From Stegostoma tigrinum (taxonomy: Eukaryota), in contig NC_081391.1 of assembly GCF_030684315.1 (NCBI RefSeq), forward strand, positions 21,226,629 through 21,290,628: DNA of 64,000 nt, in the 5' to 3' direction. Under the pieces are notes generated by a model, which did no database searches, had not been told where the DNA came from, and was given only the letters and a program-made list of their open reading frames with translations. The position numbers and the translations under genes are program-made. Below are positions 1 through 14,613 of the stretch, piece by piece (position 1 is the stretch's first letter; every line of letters begins with the position of its first letter).

Positions 1-289
1 GGATAAGGATGTCACTGACCAGGCAGCATTTATCCTCTGTCTGAACTGCCCATGGGCCCATTAGTCAACTACAGTGCTTTAGGCTTGGTGTCATATACTG
101 GCCAGACCAGGTAAGGATGGCAGTTTGGCAGTTCCCTTCCCTGAATGACTTCAGTGAAAAGGATATTTTATTCAGACTAGGAATTGCATGCTCATTTTTA
201 GGTTCATAATGCCCAAAGAGAGTTTTTCAGACAGAATCAGGACAATGGGCCTCAGTCCCACACTCCAGAAGCTTAACAGTTGCCAGCTC

Positions 290-640
290 AGAGCAGCCAC
301 GAGATTCACTCCTTCCACCACTGACACACAGGGACTGCAATGTGTACTATCACCAAATGTTGCAGAAATCCACCAAAGCTCCCTAGACAACACCTTCCAA
401 AGCCCCCATTACTTGCCATGGGACAAGGGCAGCAAATACATGGAACACAACCGCCTCTAAGTTCTACACCAAGCCATTCACCATCCTGAGTTGGAAACAT
501 GGTCCCATTCCCCTAGTGTGCTGGATCAGAATCCTGGAATTCCCTCCCTAACAGCATTGGGGATCTGCCTACACCAAATGGGCAACAGCAATTCAAGAAC
601 GCAAGCCACCACATTCTCTCATCTAATGTTAGGCCTGATC
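290..640 (+). repeat. Degenerate LINE-like 3' remnant present in every spacer
   Basis: ccaccactgacacaca...acaccttccaaa...atcctggaattccctccctaacagca...ttcaagaaggcaagccaccac recurs at about 8400, 15900, 22470, 28350, 40930, 45900, 51110, 58250. It resembles an abundant shark LINE 3' end, recognised from memory only. Confidence 0.55.
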
Positions 641-679
641 TCCGAGGGTTTCAACTACCTCTGGCTGATGGTTCTTTTG

Positions 680-1030
680 TGAAATTGTCAAGTTCTAGCT
701 CAACCACAGCTGGAGTGCTCAGTTCTAACAGCTTCGACCCAAAGATGGTTATGCACAGAATTTCTGCAATGAACTTGGACAGAGAGCTGGTTCATTGATG
801 ATAACGGTTTGTCCCAGTCCCTCTGTGTAGAAGGTTAAGGGATGGCTGTGTTTGAAATTTCAAAGAGGATTAATGGATTTGACAGAGTGGACAGACAGAA
901 TCTGTTTCTTGTCTATGGTCATTGAGGACTGTGTGCAAAATAGGATTATAATTTTCACATTACAACTAAATCATCCAGGATAGTGTCAAAAACAGCTTCT
1001 TTGTGGAGAAGATAATATGTGCACGTGCTG
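680..1030 (+). repeat. Very old CR1-like remnant in every spacer
   Basis: Paralogs translate as ...VLEIYKWIHGFDRVDREILL (28711, 41302, 46300), matching the CR1 ORF2 end motif LIEVYKIMRGFDRVD. Confidence 0.5.
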
Positions 1031-1257
1031 TTAGATATTTATTGGGTAAGGCTTGACTTTGACAATCACTTTCTAATTTCAACACTAAAAATATGTGAAT
1101 AACACATTTTGTTTGAGAAACATAGAAAGACAAAACAGGCTCAATGTTACAAATCTGATGTGAGTACAGGATCAGAGAGACTTTGGGTTTCAAGTATGTG
1201 ATTATCTGAAAGTGACCAGCCAAGATGATGCTGTTATTGAGAAGGCTGTGGTGAACC

Positions 1258-2446
1258 AAGCATGTGGATGAGGGAAGGGCAGTTGACGTGGTGTACATGG
1301 ACTTCAGTAAAGCCTTTGATAAGGTTCCACATGGTAGGCTATTGGAGAAAATACAGAGGCAGAGGATTGAGGGAGATTTAGCAGTTTGGATTAGAAACTG
1401 GCTTTCTGTGAGAAGGCAACGAGTGGTGGTTGATGGAAAATATCCAGCCTGGAGTCAGGTCACTCGTAGTGTGCCTCAAGGATCTGCTTTAGGACCACTG
1501 CTGTTTGTCATTTTTATAAATGACTTGGACGCAGGCATAGGTGGATGGGTTAGTAAGTTTGCAGATGACACTAAAGTCGGTGGAGTGGTGGACGGGGTGG
1601 AAGAATGTTGCACGTTGCAGGGAGACTTGGATAAACTGCAGAATTGGGCTGAAAGGTGGCAAATGGAGTTCAATGCAGATAAATGTTAGTTGATTCAATT
1701 TTGGGGGAATAACAGGAAGGCAGAATACCGGGTCAATGGAAAGATTCTTGGCAGTGTGGATGTGCAGATGGATCTTGGTGTCCATGTACATAGATCCCTG
1801 AAAGTTGTCACCAGGTTGATAATGCTGATAAGAAGGCTTACCGTGTGTTAGGTTTTATTGGTAGAGGGATTGAGTTCCGGAGCCGTGATGTCATGCTGCA
1901 ACTGTACAAAACGCTAGTGCGGCCTCATTTGGAATATTGCGTGCAGTTCTGGTCACCCCATTACAGGAAGGATGTGGAAGCATTGGGAAAGGTGCAGAGG
2001 AGATTTACCAGGATGTTGCCTGGTCTGGAGCGCAGGCCCAATGAAGAAACGCTGAGGGACTTGGATCTGTTCTCATTGGAGAGAAGTAGGCTAAGAGGGG
2101 ATTTAACAGAGACATACAAGATGATCAGAGGATTAGATAGGGTGGACAGTGAGAGTCTTTTTCCGAGGATGATGACTTCAACTTGTACAAGGGGGCATAG
2201 CTACAAATTGCGGGGTGATACATTTAAGACATTTGTCAGAGGCAGGTTCTTTGCTCAGAGAGTGGTAAGGGCGTGGAAAGCACTGCCTGCCAATGTAGTT
2301 AACTCAGCCACGTTAGGGGCATTTAAACAGTCCTTGGATAAGCATATGGATGGTGACGGGATTGTGTAGGAGGTGGGGCTTGGATTAGCTCACAGGTCGG
2401 CGCAACATCGAGGGCCGAAGGGCCCGTTCTGCGCTGTATTGTTCTA
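1258..2446 (+). mobile_element. CR1-type LINE, 5'-truncated (subfamily A), RT and C-terminal part of ORF2
   Basis: RT motifs YMDFSKAFDK, VPQGSALGPLLF, SKFADD; C-terminal LYKTLVRPHLEYCVQFW; stop at about 1689 and a frameshift; 3' tail ggccgaagggcc...tgttcta; TSD TGAACC (1252-1257/2447-2452); empty site at about 16799. Confidence 0.92.
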
Positions 2447-2452
2447 TGAACC

Positions 2453-3040
2453 TTGTGTTTTCAAATTGAGGCATCGAGCATAAAAGCAAGGAATTGATGA
2501 TACCCCTCTACAACTCATTGGTTAGACCACATTTGCAGTGATGTGCTCAGTTCTGGGCGTGGCTTTTAAGGAAGGGCATGCAAGCCCTGGACAGAGTTCA
2601 AAGGTGATTTATAATAATGACACCTGGAATGGGGAATTTCAGACACACGGAAAGATTAAAGAAATAGCGCTTATTCTCCTTGGAGCAAGGAGCACTTGTT
2701 GAAGTGATCAAAATTATCACCAATTCTGTCAGGGTAAAGGGGGATATTCTGTTTTCACCAGTGGATACGTTAGTGACGAGGGGTCACAATTTGTCAGTGA
2801 GGGAGCTCACAGTGAGAGGAGGAGAAACCTCTTCACTCAGAAAGTTGGTAGGGTTTGGTATGCGTAGCTGACAGGAGTGATGGACGCAGATTCCGTAGGT
2901 GGCTTTAGAAAAGCAGCTGTATACATATATGGAAGTGGCAAATTTAGAGGGATACAGACATAGGGCTGGAGAGTGGGGCTGCGTGTGGAATGCTTTCAGA
3001 AACTGAATCAGGCACGATGGGCCAAATGGCCTCCTATCAT
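2453..3040 (+). mobile_element. Older degenerate CR1 3' remnant (host of the nested subfamily A insertion)
   Basis: Decayed LVRPHL..QFW, TRGH and tail gggccaaatggcctcct; paralogs at about 9240-9820, 16805-17400, 35101-35690, 53249-53650, 59170-59752. Confidence 0.7.
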
Positions 3041-3699
3041 TAAAAATCCTCTGCATGTTCCCCCAGGAAATTCTCAGAGTTTGGAGAGGGGCTTTGTACT
3101 CCTCTCAGTGGGCACCTGTACAAGGCACCTTTAATGTGGGAAAGCTGTTACACATCAGCAGAGACATGGTCCTTTACACAAGGTAGACCCAGTTCCACTG
3201 GCAAAGAAATGTTGACTGGGGATCCCCCCACTGCTGACCTTCACCCACCGTCACAGCCAACGATAGCACACGCCTATCTTCCACCTGGATGGCCGTTGGG
3301 AACTTGTTTTGCATTGCACTTTACCAGGACCCTCCCCTCGATCGTACCGTCCTGGGTGGCCCTGCCAGGAGGTGAAATCCTCTTCAGGTATCACTCTCAG
3401 AACCAACAGAACACTCGAGGCTCTTCATCACTGCGAGGTGACAATCCACAGGCAGGAGCTGGAGGCAGGGAGATGCTGCTCAGGTACAGACCCATCACAG
3501 AATCGGAGAATTGTTGTGGCACAGCAGGCGGCCATTCGGTCCTTTGTGCCTGTACCTGTTCTGGTTGTTTTCTAATTCTGCCTGTAGAGATGTTACAAAA
3601 TCTCTGGATCTGGTATGGACTTGGACCAAGGCTTCCTGGTCCACAGCTAGGGACATTACCCCTGCATCACAATACCCTGGCTGCACTGGTTGTACAAAC

Positions 3700-4030
3700 T
3701 TAGAATCATCGAAAAAAAATTGTTGGATTCGGCCATTCAGCCCCCTCCAGACTGCTCTGCCATTCCATGTGATTGTGGCTGATTCCATAACTCAGTCCCA
3801 TCTTCCCACTCTCTCTCCATACTCTTTGATCCCTTCAGCCCTCAAAGCTACACCCAACTGCTCCTGGAAAACATTCAAAGTTTTGGCCTCAAATGTTTTC
3901 TGTGGCACAGAATTCCACAGGCCCCCCACTCTCTCGGTGAAGAGATTTCTCCTCATCTCAGGCCTAAATGTGTACTTAGGCTGTGACCCCTGGTCCTGAA
4001 CTTTTCCATCATCAGGAACATCCTTCCTGT
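3700..4030 (-). mobile_element. Degenerate CR1 3' fragment, antisense
   Basis: Minus-strand peptide EMRRNLFTERVGGLWNSVPQK...GIKEYGERVG; paralogs at about 18055-18370, 36348-36680, 53660-53900, 60410-60720. Confidence 0.7.
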
Positions 4031-4301
4031 CTTTTCCACAGCTGACACTGTTACAATTTTCGATGACCCCGAGCCAATTTCCCATCTTTCTTTCCCAAAT
4101 CCCAGCACAACAGGCTGAGAAACTGACACTCCCCTTCCTCAATGAGTCCCTTCTGCAGTTGATCACAACCACCATAATTTAAAAACAAAACGAGCAATCT
4201 TTTCTCAAACCATATTTACTTCTTTTAAAAAAGAACCAAATGACCCATGACCTGAGTGAGTGGTGCAGAAGGTTTGAGATGCCGAATGGCCTCCTGCTGT
4301 T

Positions 4302-4561
4302 CCAATCACAGAATAACCATCCAGACCTGGCTCTCATCTCCACCTCTGATCAGCTCTGCTTAACACACCCTCCCCCTCTCTCTCATTGGTGCCTCTATGC
4401 ATGGGTGGCTCCTGATTGGCTAGCAGCAACTGTCAGTCATCATCAGTTCGGTCTCCCTCTGGGTGAGTGCCGGTTGTCTCAGGAGTAGAAACACAACAGC
4501 TTTGGGGATTGAGGCCTTTGTTCCAGAGTTGTCCTTGTGATTGTGAGCAGGAATAGTGAAG
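4302..4561 (+). promoter_or_regulatory. Ferritin copy 1 promoter and 5' leader (degenerate TATA)
   Basis: Block conserved before every exon 1: CCAAT (4302), CACACCCTCCCC, CATTGG, CTGATTGG. The TATA position reads TAGAAACA (4486-4493). Confidence 0.65.
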
Positions 4562-6949
<2,388 letters not shown>

Positions 6950-9900
6950 ATGGGGTCAATAATGTGTATGTTGTACATGGTGACATAATGCTAGTAACTC
7001 GGTTGTGCTGAGCAAATCAAAATAGTGTTCACCATGGAACTGAGTACTTTGCCTAATTTCACAGCTGCTTCTGGCTCTTGGTATTGCTGTTTGCACATCT
7101 GATCATTAAATCCTTTTCTGTTACTTCTGATTAACCTTTAATTCAATGCCTGCCCCAGTAGTTTGCTCCTCTTTTGTCGGTACGAATTCAGTCAGCAATC
7201 AATGTAGTGGAAATCCCACAAGTGTTCGGGTTTTTTTTCAGTACAACACTGTTTACTAGCCAAACAACTTTTCAGGACCAGCTTCTAGTCAATAGGCAGG
7301 GGACTGGTCTCAGTCAAGCTAAGTGTTGGGAACTGAACTGGAGCCCTGCCCTGTGCAATGTTCAGGTCTCATTGGAATAAGCAGCTGCAGGAAATCTCAG
7401 GTTTGGCTGCACCTGGGGGAAGAACTGTTCAGTGCCAGGACCTGAGACACATTATCATCTCCTGACAGATGTTGCCACACCTGTGACTTTTTCTAGCACT
7501 TGGAGTCTAATGATTTGAGCATACATTCACTTTGCAAACAAGAATATAAAGTAAAAAAAATTTAGCCTGGAAGATGCACTGATCTCTTTAGCAATTGCTT
7601 ATCTACAAAGGATACAAGTGGTTTTGCTCCCATTTCCTTTGCTCCTTTATCACTGGTGGAAGGAGTGAGTCTCATGGCTGCCTGTAAGAGAATGAGAAAA
7701 CTTGTTTTCACTTGTCTCAGGCTCTCACGCGTGCACTCGCCAGAGAGAATGACCTGTTAGTCAAGGCAGCAGTGCCCATCTTGGAGCACGTGTGGCACAA
7801 CTTCTCAGTGCTCTGCAACGTAAAGATTACATAGGCTAAGAACACCAGGTGAAAGTAAAGTTAGAACCCAAATACCACGAGGAGAAATCAGCAGTTCCAA
7901 TCTTTAGCTCTTTATTTTCAATGAAATCAGCTCTCCTGCTCTCAACTGACCTGCATGTGCCAGCACATGCACTGCACTGTGCCTGCCTTGTTCCTGATGT
8001 TCAGGGGTGACAGTCTCCTCTATTAAAAGGATGTGGATGTCTCGGAGCTGACAGCATTTATTATCCATTTCAAATTGCCACAAGGCCAGGTCAGAGGTGC
8101 ACACATCGCTGTGCTTGCAGGGTCATATGCAGGCCAGGCTCGGTAAGGATGGGTTTTTGACACTGAATTGAATGCTCCTCATTACCTTCTAAATTCCAGA
8201 GCGGTGTCAGATAGAATCAGGAGATCAGGCCAACACTCCAGAAACTTGATGGCCTCCAGCTCCAAGCAATGATTGTCAAGCTCATTATTAGGTTCTATTG
8301 CCAGAAGAGAGTTGTTCAGACAGAATCAGGTCAACGGGTATCGGTCCAACACGCCAGGAGCTTAAGAGCCTCCAGCTCAGAGCAGCTGCGAGATTCATTC
8401 TTTCCGCCACTGACACACAGGGACTACAATATGTGCCGTTTAACAAATGCTGTAGAAATCCACCAAATCTTCTTAGACAACACCTTCCAAAGCCCCCATT
8501 CATCTAGTGTTGGTGGATCAAAATGCTGCCATTGCCTCACCAGGAGCATTGGGGATCTGCCTCCACTAAATCAACAACAGTTCAAGAAGGCAAGCCACCA
8601 CATTCGCGAATCTAATGTTAGGCCTGATCTCGGACCAGTTCAAATATCTCAGCGTGGAGGTTCTTTTGTTCTAGTTCAAACATATCTGGAGTGCACAGTT
8701 CGAGCAGGTTGGACGCAAAGATCGTTATGAACAGAATTTCTGGAATGCCCCCGGACAGAAAGTTAATTGGTTACGATGATAATACTTTGCCCAAGCCCCT
8801 CTGTGTAGAAGTGTAAAGGACGTCTGTGCTTCAAGTTTCAAAGTGGATTAATGCATTTGACAGGGTACATAGAGAGATCCTGCTTCTTTTCAATCCTCAT
8901 CTAGGACTAAGAGTGGGGAATATGATTACAATCCTCGCATTAGAAGTAAATCATCTATGATAAAGCCAAAAACAGCTTCGTTTTGGAAAGGATAATATGT
9001 GAATCAGCAGATACATTTTTATTTGGTCAGATTTGATGTTGCCAATTGCTTTCCAATATGAACATAAAAGATGAATGCATTTTGCTTGAACAAACGTAGA
9101 AAGACAAAACAGGCTCGATGTTTCAATTCTGAGGCGAGTACAAGAGCAGAGGGACTTTTGGTTTCAAGTATGTGATTACTGGAAAGAGGCCGAGCAGGAC
9201 AAAGCTGCTATGAGAAGGCTTTTGTGAAATGTGTGTTTTCAAATGGACGCAGAGAGTATAAAAGCGAAGAATAGATGTTACACCTGTACAAATCATGGGT
9301 TAGACCACATTTGCAGTGTTGTGTTCAGTTCTGGGCATGGTATTTAAGGAAGGACATTGAAGCCCTCGACAGAGTTCAAAGGGCATTTACGAGAATGACA
9401 CCAGGAATGAGGTATTTTAGATACAAGGAAAGATGGAAGAAATTGGGGTAAATCTCCTTGGAGCATAAATGTTTAAGAGGTGACTCTGTGGAAGTGATCA
9501 AAATAATGAACAATTCTGTCAGGGTAAAGGAGGACATTCTGTTTTCACCAGTTGATTATGGCAGTAATGAGGGGGTCACAGTTTGTCAGTAATGGAGCTC
9601 TGAGATGAGGACAAACCTCTCTATTCAGAAGGTTGTTAGGATTTGGAATGTGATGCCTGGGAGAGTGGCAGAGGTAGATCCCATAGGTGGCTTCAAAACA
9701 AGAGCTGGATATATACTTGGAAGTGACGAATATAGAGGGTATAGGGCTGGAGAGGGGGTCTAGGTGGGTAGCTCTTTCGGAAGCCGATACGGACATGATG
9801 GGATGAATGGCCTCTGTCATTAAAAATCCTCTGAATGTCCACCCAGGAACTTTTGTAAATTTTGGGTTTGTATTCTTCTCAGTCTTAAATGTCCAACCCA

Positions 9901-10178
9901 GTCCTCTTACATCAGGATACCCTGATCCTGGACTTCCCCCCCCCCATTGGGAACATCCTTCCTGTCCTTGCCCTGTCTGATCCTGTCACAGTTTTCTATG
10001 ACCCAGAGTCAATTTCCCACCTTTCTGTCTCATATCCCAGCACAACGGGCTGAGAAACTGACACCTCTTCTTCATTGACTTCCTCGTGCAGTTTGTCACA
10101 ACCACCTTAATTTAGAAACAAAATGTTAAAGCTTTTTTCAAACCAAATGCAGTTCTTTTTAAAAAAGAGCCAAATAAC

Positions 10179-10272
10179 TTATGAAGAAGTGTCCAGATCT
10201 GAAACATCAGCTTTCCTGTTCCTCTGATGCTGCTTGACCTGCTGTGTTCATCCAGCGCAACACCTTGTTGTA
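10179..10272 (+). mobile_element. Short degenerate Penelope terminal fragment upstream of the copy 2 promoter
   Basis: tgaagaagtgtccagatctgaaacatcagc...gacctgctgtgttcatccagc resembles the 15440-15512 terminus; flanked by caaataac/caaatgac; absent at paralogous promoters. Confidence 0.7.
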
Positions 10273-10337
10273 CAAATGACCCATGACCTGATTGAGTGGA
10301 GCAACAGGTTTGAGATGCTGAATGGCCTCCTGCTGTT

Positions 10338-10577
10338 CCAATCACAGAATAACCATCCAGACCTGATTATGATCTCCACCTGTGATCAGCTCTGCTTAAC
10401 ACACCCTCCCCCTCTCTCTCATTGGTGCCTGTATGCATGGGTGGTTCCTGATTGGCTAGCAGCAATTGTCAGTCATCATCAGTTCTGCCTCTCCATGGGT
10501 GAGTGCAGGATGGTCCCAGGACTATAAATACAGAGCTTGTGGAAGAGCAACTCACTTCTTGAGTGGGAATAGTGAAG
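10338..10577 (+). promoter_or_regulatory. Ferritin copy 2 promoter
   Basis: CCAAT, CACCC box, two inverted CCAAT, TATAAATA 10523-10530 only 55 bp before the ATG. Confidence 0.75.
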
Positions 10578-13533
10578 ATGGCCTCCCAAGTATGTCAGAA
10601 CTACCACAAGGACTGTGAGGATGCTGTTAACAAGCAAATCAACCTGGAGCTCTATTCCTCTTATGTTTACCTCTCCATGGTGAGCCTTGTGACATTGAAG
10701 ACCTGACCTCAAGTTGAAGCCTGTGATATATGTGCATTGACTCTCTTAGGTTTATTTTCTTGCCTAGTTTAATGATTTAGTTGTAGCATGTGTTTTGGTC
10801 TGTGGCCCTTCCCTGACTGAATCCCAGTGAAATGGTTCACACTGACTCTGTTGGAAACTTGAAGTTTGTCTTGTATTGCAACTGACTCCTGGGTGACAAT
10901 GGCCACTTTGTTATCTCTGGACAATGTACTCCTTAGTGACTTTTCTCCTTCCTCTGAAGGGATGAGCTGATGTTGCTGATAAACCTATATTTTCCTTAAA
11001 TTTGGTTGCAATTTTCTTTTAAAGAGAAGATTTCCCTGGTGAATTTTTCTATGCAAAATGTACTTGCACTCTTAAAACTTTGCCCCATTCACCAGGCTGC
11101 CGTCTGATTTGGCCCTAAATGAGTTCGTTCTTTTCTGAAAGAAAAGCAACTGCTGGAAATTAGAAACAGCAACAAAAACAGCTGGAATAGCTTTACAGAT
11201 CTGGCAGGATTTAGAGAAATCAGTTCATGTTTTGGGTCCAGTGACTCTTCCTCAGAAGTCATCCTCCTCCTAGCTATTCAGTAGGAGGAAAGACAAGTGT
11301 GGCATGTTTTCACACTCCAAATGTGAATTACAGGAGGAAAAAAAACCAGTTAGAACTCAGTGCTGAGTAGATGGTAGGACAGAGTGGGGTTATTCAGGTG
11401 GGTGATGTTTGTAATGCTGGCGCTCACTGCGATTCATGGCTCTGTCCATCCACGTGCTCTTTCTTACAGTGCTGTGTCCTTGATCGGCTGGCTGTGTGTC
11501 CTCTCTTTCTTCTATCTTCAATGGGAGAAGACCTTCTGCCTGTCTATCATGTTCCAGTAATTAAATGTCCAGTTCTGGTTGCCATACTAATAAAAGGATG
11601 TGAATGCTTTGGAAGGGGGTGCAGAGGAGGTTCACCAGGATGTTGCCTGGTATGGAGGGTGTGAGCTAGGAAGACAGGTTGAGTAGATGAGCATTATTTT
11701 CATTAGAAGGTGGCAGATTTGGGGGTGGGGTCCTGATTGAGCTCCTCAAATTCATGAGGGGTGTAGACAAGGTGGATAGCAAGAAGCTTTTTCCTTGAGT
11801 GGGGAACTCAATTACTAGGGGTCATGAGCTCAAAAGTAAGAGCAGGGAAGTTTTTTTTTTCAGGGAAGATTGGGTGAGATTCCTTTCAGTGTGGAAACAG
11901 GCCCTTTAGCTCAGTGCACACTGGCCCTTGAAGCATCCCACCCAGACCCATTCCCCTATAACCCCCATACCTTGGAATGCGACGGGCAATTTATCATGTG
12001 GATATGTTTGGAAAGCTCTTTACGCAGAGGTTGGAGGGTGCCTGGCACACATTGCCTGTGGAAGTGGTAGATGCAGTCACACTAGTGTCTTAAGATCTAT
12101 CTGGACAGGTACATGGATGGGCAGGGAGCAAAGGGATAGAGACCCTATGAAAATAGATGACCAATTTGAGACCAGATGTCGCTCGGTGCAGCCTTGGAGG
12201 GTCAAAGAGCCTGTTCCTGTGCTGCAGCTTTTTTGTCCTTAAATGTGGAATCAAGATGGTGACTGGGTTAGTTTCTGGTTGAGGAGTGCCATTGAATTTC
12301 AGATACACTTCCCCTTCCTGCCTGTTTCTTCCCCCACAGTTCTCTTACTTTGACCGGGATGATGTTGCCCTGCGTCACTTTGCTGAGTTCTTCAAGGAGC
12401 AGTCCCATGAGGAGCGAGAACATGGAGAGAAGCTGATCACATTCCAGAATAAACGTGGAGGTCGTGTCCTTCTGCAGGACATCAAGGTTGGATTCAAAAT
12501 TTTTTCAGCTCAATACAATGGACTGATATCTCAATATGATCAGGTTCAGGATTAGACAAATACTGTGTGAATGGGAGGTTGCTCACCACAATAAGATTCC
12601 CTTCACTAAAAAGAAACACTTTTGCACTTGTGATTGAACAATAGTTGGCAATTGTGATAATCCAGTATTCTGGATGGTGAGCAAATATCGGTGTCTGCTG
12701 CAGCTTTGGACAAGATGAGGTGTCAAAAGGGAAAACAGGTCTTTCAGGTGCTGAATTCATCAGAATGAAGCCTTTATACATCTAGAAGATGTTTCTGATG
12801 CCTTGAGATCACTCTGATCACAGCCTAGCAGGATCTGTTTAGAAATGTCCCCTTCAAGAACAGTACCAAATACAGCATGTGTTTTACCAAGGTCAAGTTG
12901 GCCTGTAGTACCTCCTCTACAATGATGAGGGATAACTAACTGATCAGATGTAGACTAATGATACAACTGCCTGCTGAGCTGTGCTTTCTGTTCCTGCTTC
13001 CCTCCCCGCAGAAGCCAGAGCAGGATGAGTGGGGCAGTGGCCTGGAGGCAATGCAGAGAGCTCTGCAGATGGAGAAGGATGTGAACCAGAGTCTGCTGGA
13101 TCTGCACAAACTGGCCTCTGGCCACACGGACCCTCATGTGAGTGTGGTGTATTTAAAATCTGGGTTTTTGAATAAAAACAGGGATCAGACACTTGGTCCT
13201 TTTTGTTCGCCACAAGATCTCATTTGACATTGTGGAGGGTTTTCTTGGGTTGTACCAAGATCCTCCTGTTTCTAAAACTGAGCACTTTCTCGTGTGTATT
13301 TGGCAATCTCCATGACATCACTTCACTGTTCGGTCTCCCAATCTGCATTTGGTCAGATTTAACCAGTTCCCCTCTTTGCTTTCCAGCTGTGTGACTTCCT
13401 GGAGAGGCACTACTTGGATGAGCAAGTGAAGATGATCAAGAAGCTGGGAGATCACATCACCAACCTGAAGAGACTGGGAGCCCCTGACAATGGCATGGGA
13501 GAGTACCTGTTTGACAGGCTCTCACTCAGCTGA
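10578..13533 (+). CDS. Ferritin heavy/middle-like, copy 2 (intact)
   Basis: Exons 10578-10679, 12340-12486, 13012-13137, 13387-13533; canonical splice sites; TATAAATA at 10523; ATTAAA at 13606; exon 2 variant HGEKLITF. Confidence 0.94.
11566..12240 (+). mobile_element. CR1 3' fragment in intron 1 (type b) with a nested antisense SINE-like piece at about 11872-11998
   Basis: cagttctgg...gtgcagaggaggttcaccaggatgttgcctgg...gagcctgttcctgtgctg. The nested agattcc..cagtgtggaaacaggccc...gggcaatttatcatg resembles HE1-type SINE. Paralogs at about 25100-25780, 42913-43440, 47861-48388. Confidence 0.7.
12917..12983 (+). other. Conserved C/D-box-like element in intron 2 (representative; present in all ten copies)
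   Basis: ctaca-ATGATGA-gggataactaa-CTGA-tcagatgtagacta-ATGATA-caactgcctg-CTGA-gctgtg; overlaps likely branch-point motifs; function unproven. Confidence 0.3.
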
Positions 13534-14613
13534 ATGGGGTCAATACCTATATCTGTTGTACATGGTGACCTCATTCTACTAAATGACTAGTTGTGCTCTG
13601 AGCAAATTAAAATAGTGTTCACCATGGAACTGAGTACAGTGTTTTATTTTCATAGCTTCTGGTTCTTGGAGCTCTGTGTTTTCATGTCTGATCATCAATC
13701 CTTTGTTCTTTGTGACAACCTTTGATTCAATGCCTGCCCCAGTAACTTGCTCAGTGTTTGATTCTGCTGTGTCTGGGGATTGAGTGGGCAATCCTTTTTA
13801 TTGGAAATTCCATAACTGGTAAGGTTGTTGACAGATAAATCAGCATTACTGACATGTACTTGCAGGACCAGCTTCTAATCAATACACTGACTGAAATCAG
13901 TCCTTTGCCTGAAGGGTAGGCACTGATCCAATGCACTGCCCTTGGCCATGTGTTTGGGTCTCTTTTTAAATAAGCAGATTCTGGAAACCAGGAACACAAC
14001 CTGCTGGGAAATCTCAGGTTTGGCAGCATTGGGAGGGAGAAGGGTTGAACAGAACCTGGCCATGAGACACGTGATCATCTCTTGATTTGATGTTGCGTTG
14101 CCTGACAGTGAGGTGTTTTCCAGCAATTTGTTGTAATGCCTCGATGTTACTGATTTTAGTAGATTGTACAATTCCTCCTTTTAAAGAGTAATATACACTG
14201 CTTTTCTGCAGGTTTTTCCTCTTGATAAGGAATTGCTTATGTCACTGTTCCCAGAGCTCGGGAATTAGTTTCTTCGGTATTTCCTTTTTATACAGGTAGG
14301 AGAAAGAAAAATCTACCTTGTCTCAGAATGCTAATGCCTGGGAACTGCCTTGGGAATGAAGCAGTGCCCACCTTGTTCCCTGTGTGATAATTTCTATTAT
14401 TACCCTGCAAAGAGGTGACAAATACTGCAGATGCCTGGTAGAAAATCAAGCTAAGATACAAATACCATGTACAGAAATCAGCAGTTCCAATTTTTACCTT
14501 TGTGTTCAATTTTCAAGCAGATCAGCTCTCCTGCTGTCGACTGGCTGACCTGTGACTCCACACAGTGCACCGGGGTGGCCTGATCACTGTCAATCAGCCC
14601 TGAATTACAATGT

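Noticed and set aside
3134-3703. 189-aa ORF (and paralogs at 17485, 35782, 59755) as a protein-coding gene
   Set aside because: No recognisable domain, the 3' part runs into retroelement tails, stop positions vary, and many paralog differences are non-synonymous. Kept only as an unexplained block.
12928-12937. AGGGATAACT resembles a 28S rRNA segment
   Set aside because: The match is sense rather than antisense and only 10 nt, so it supports neither a guide function nor an rRNA fragment.
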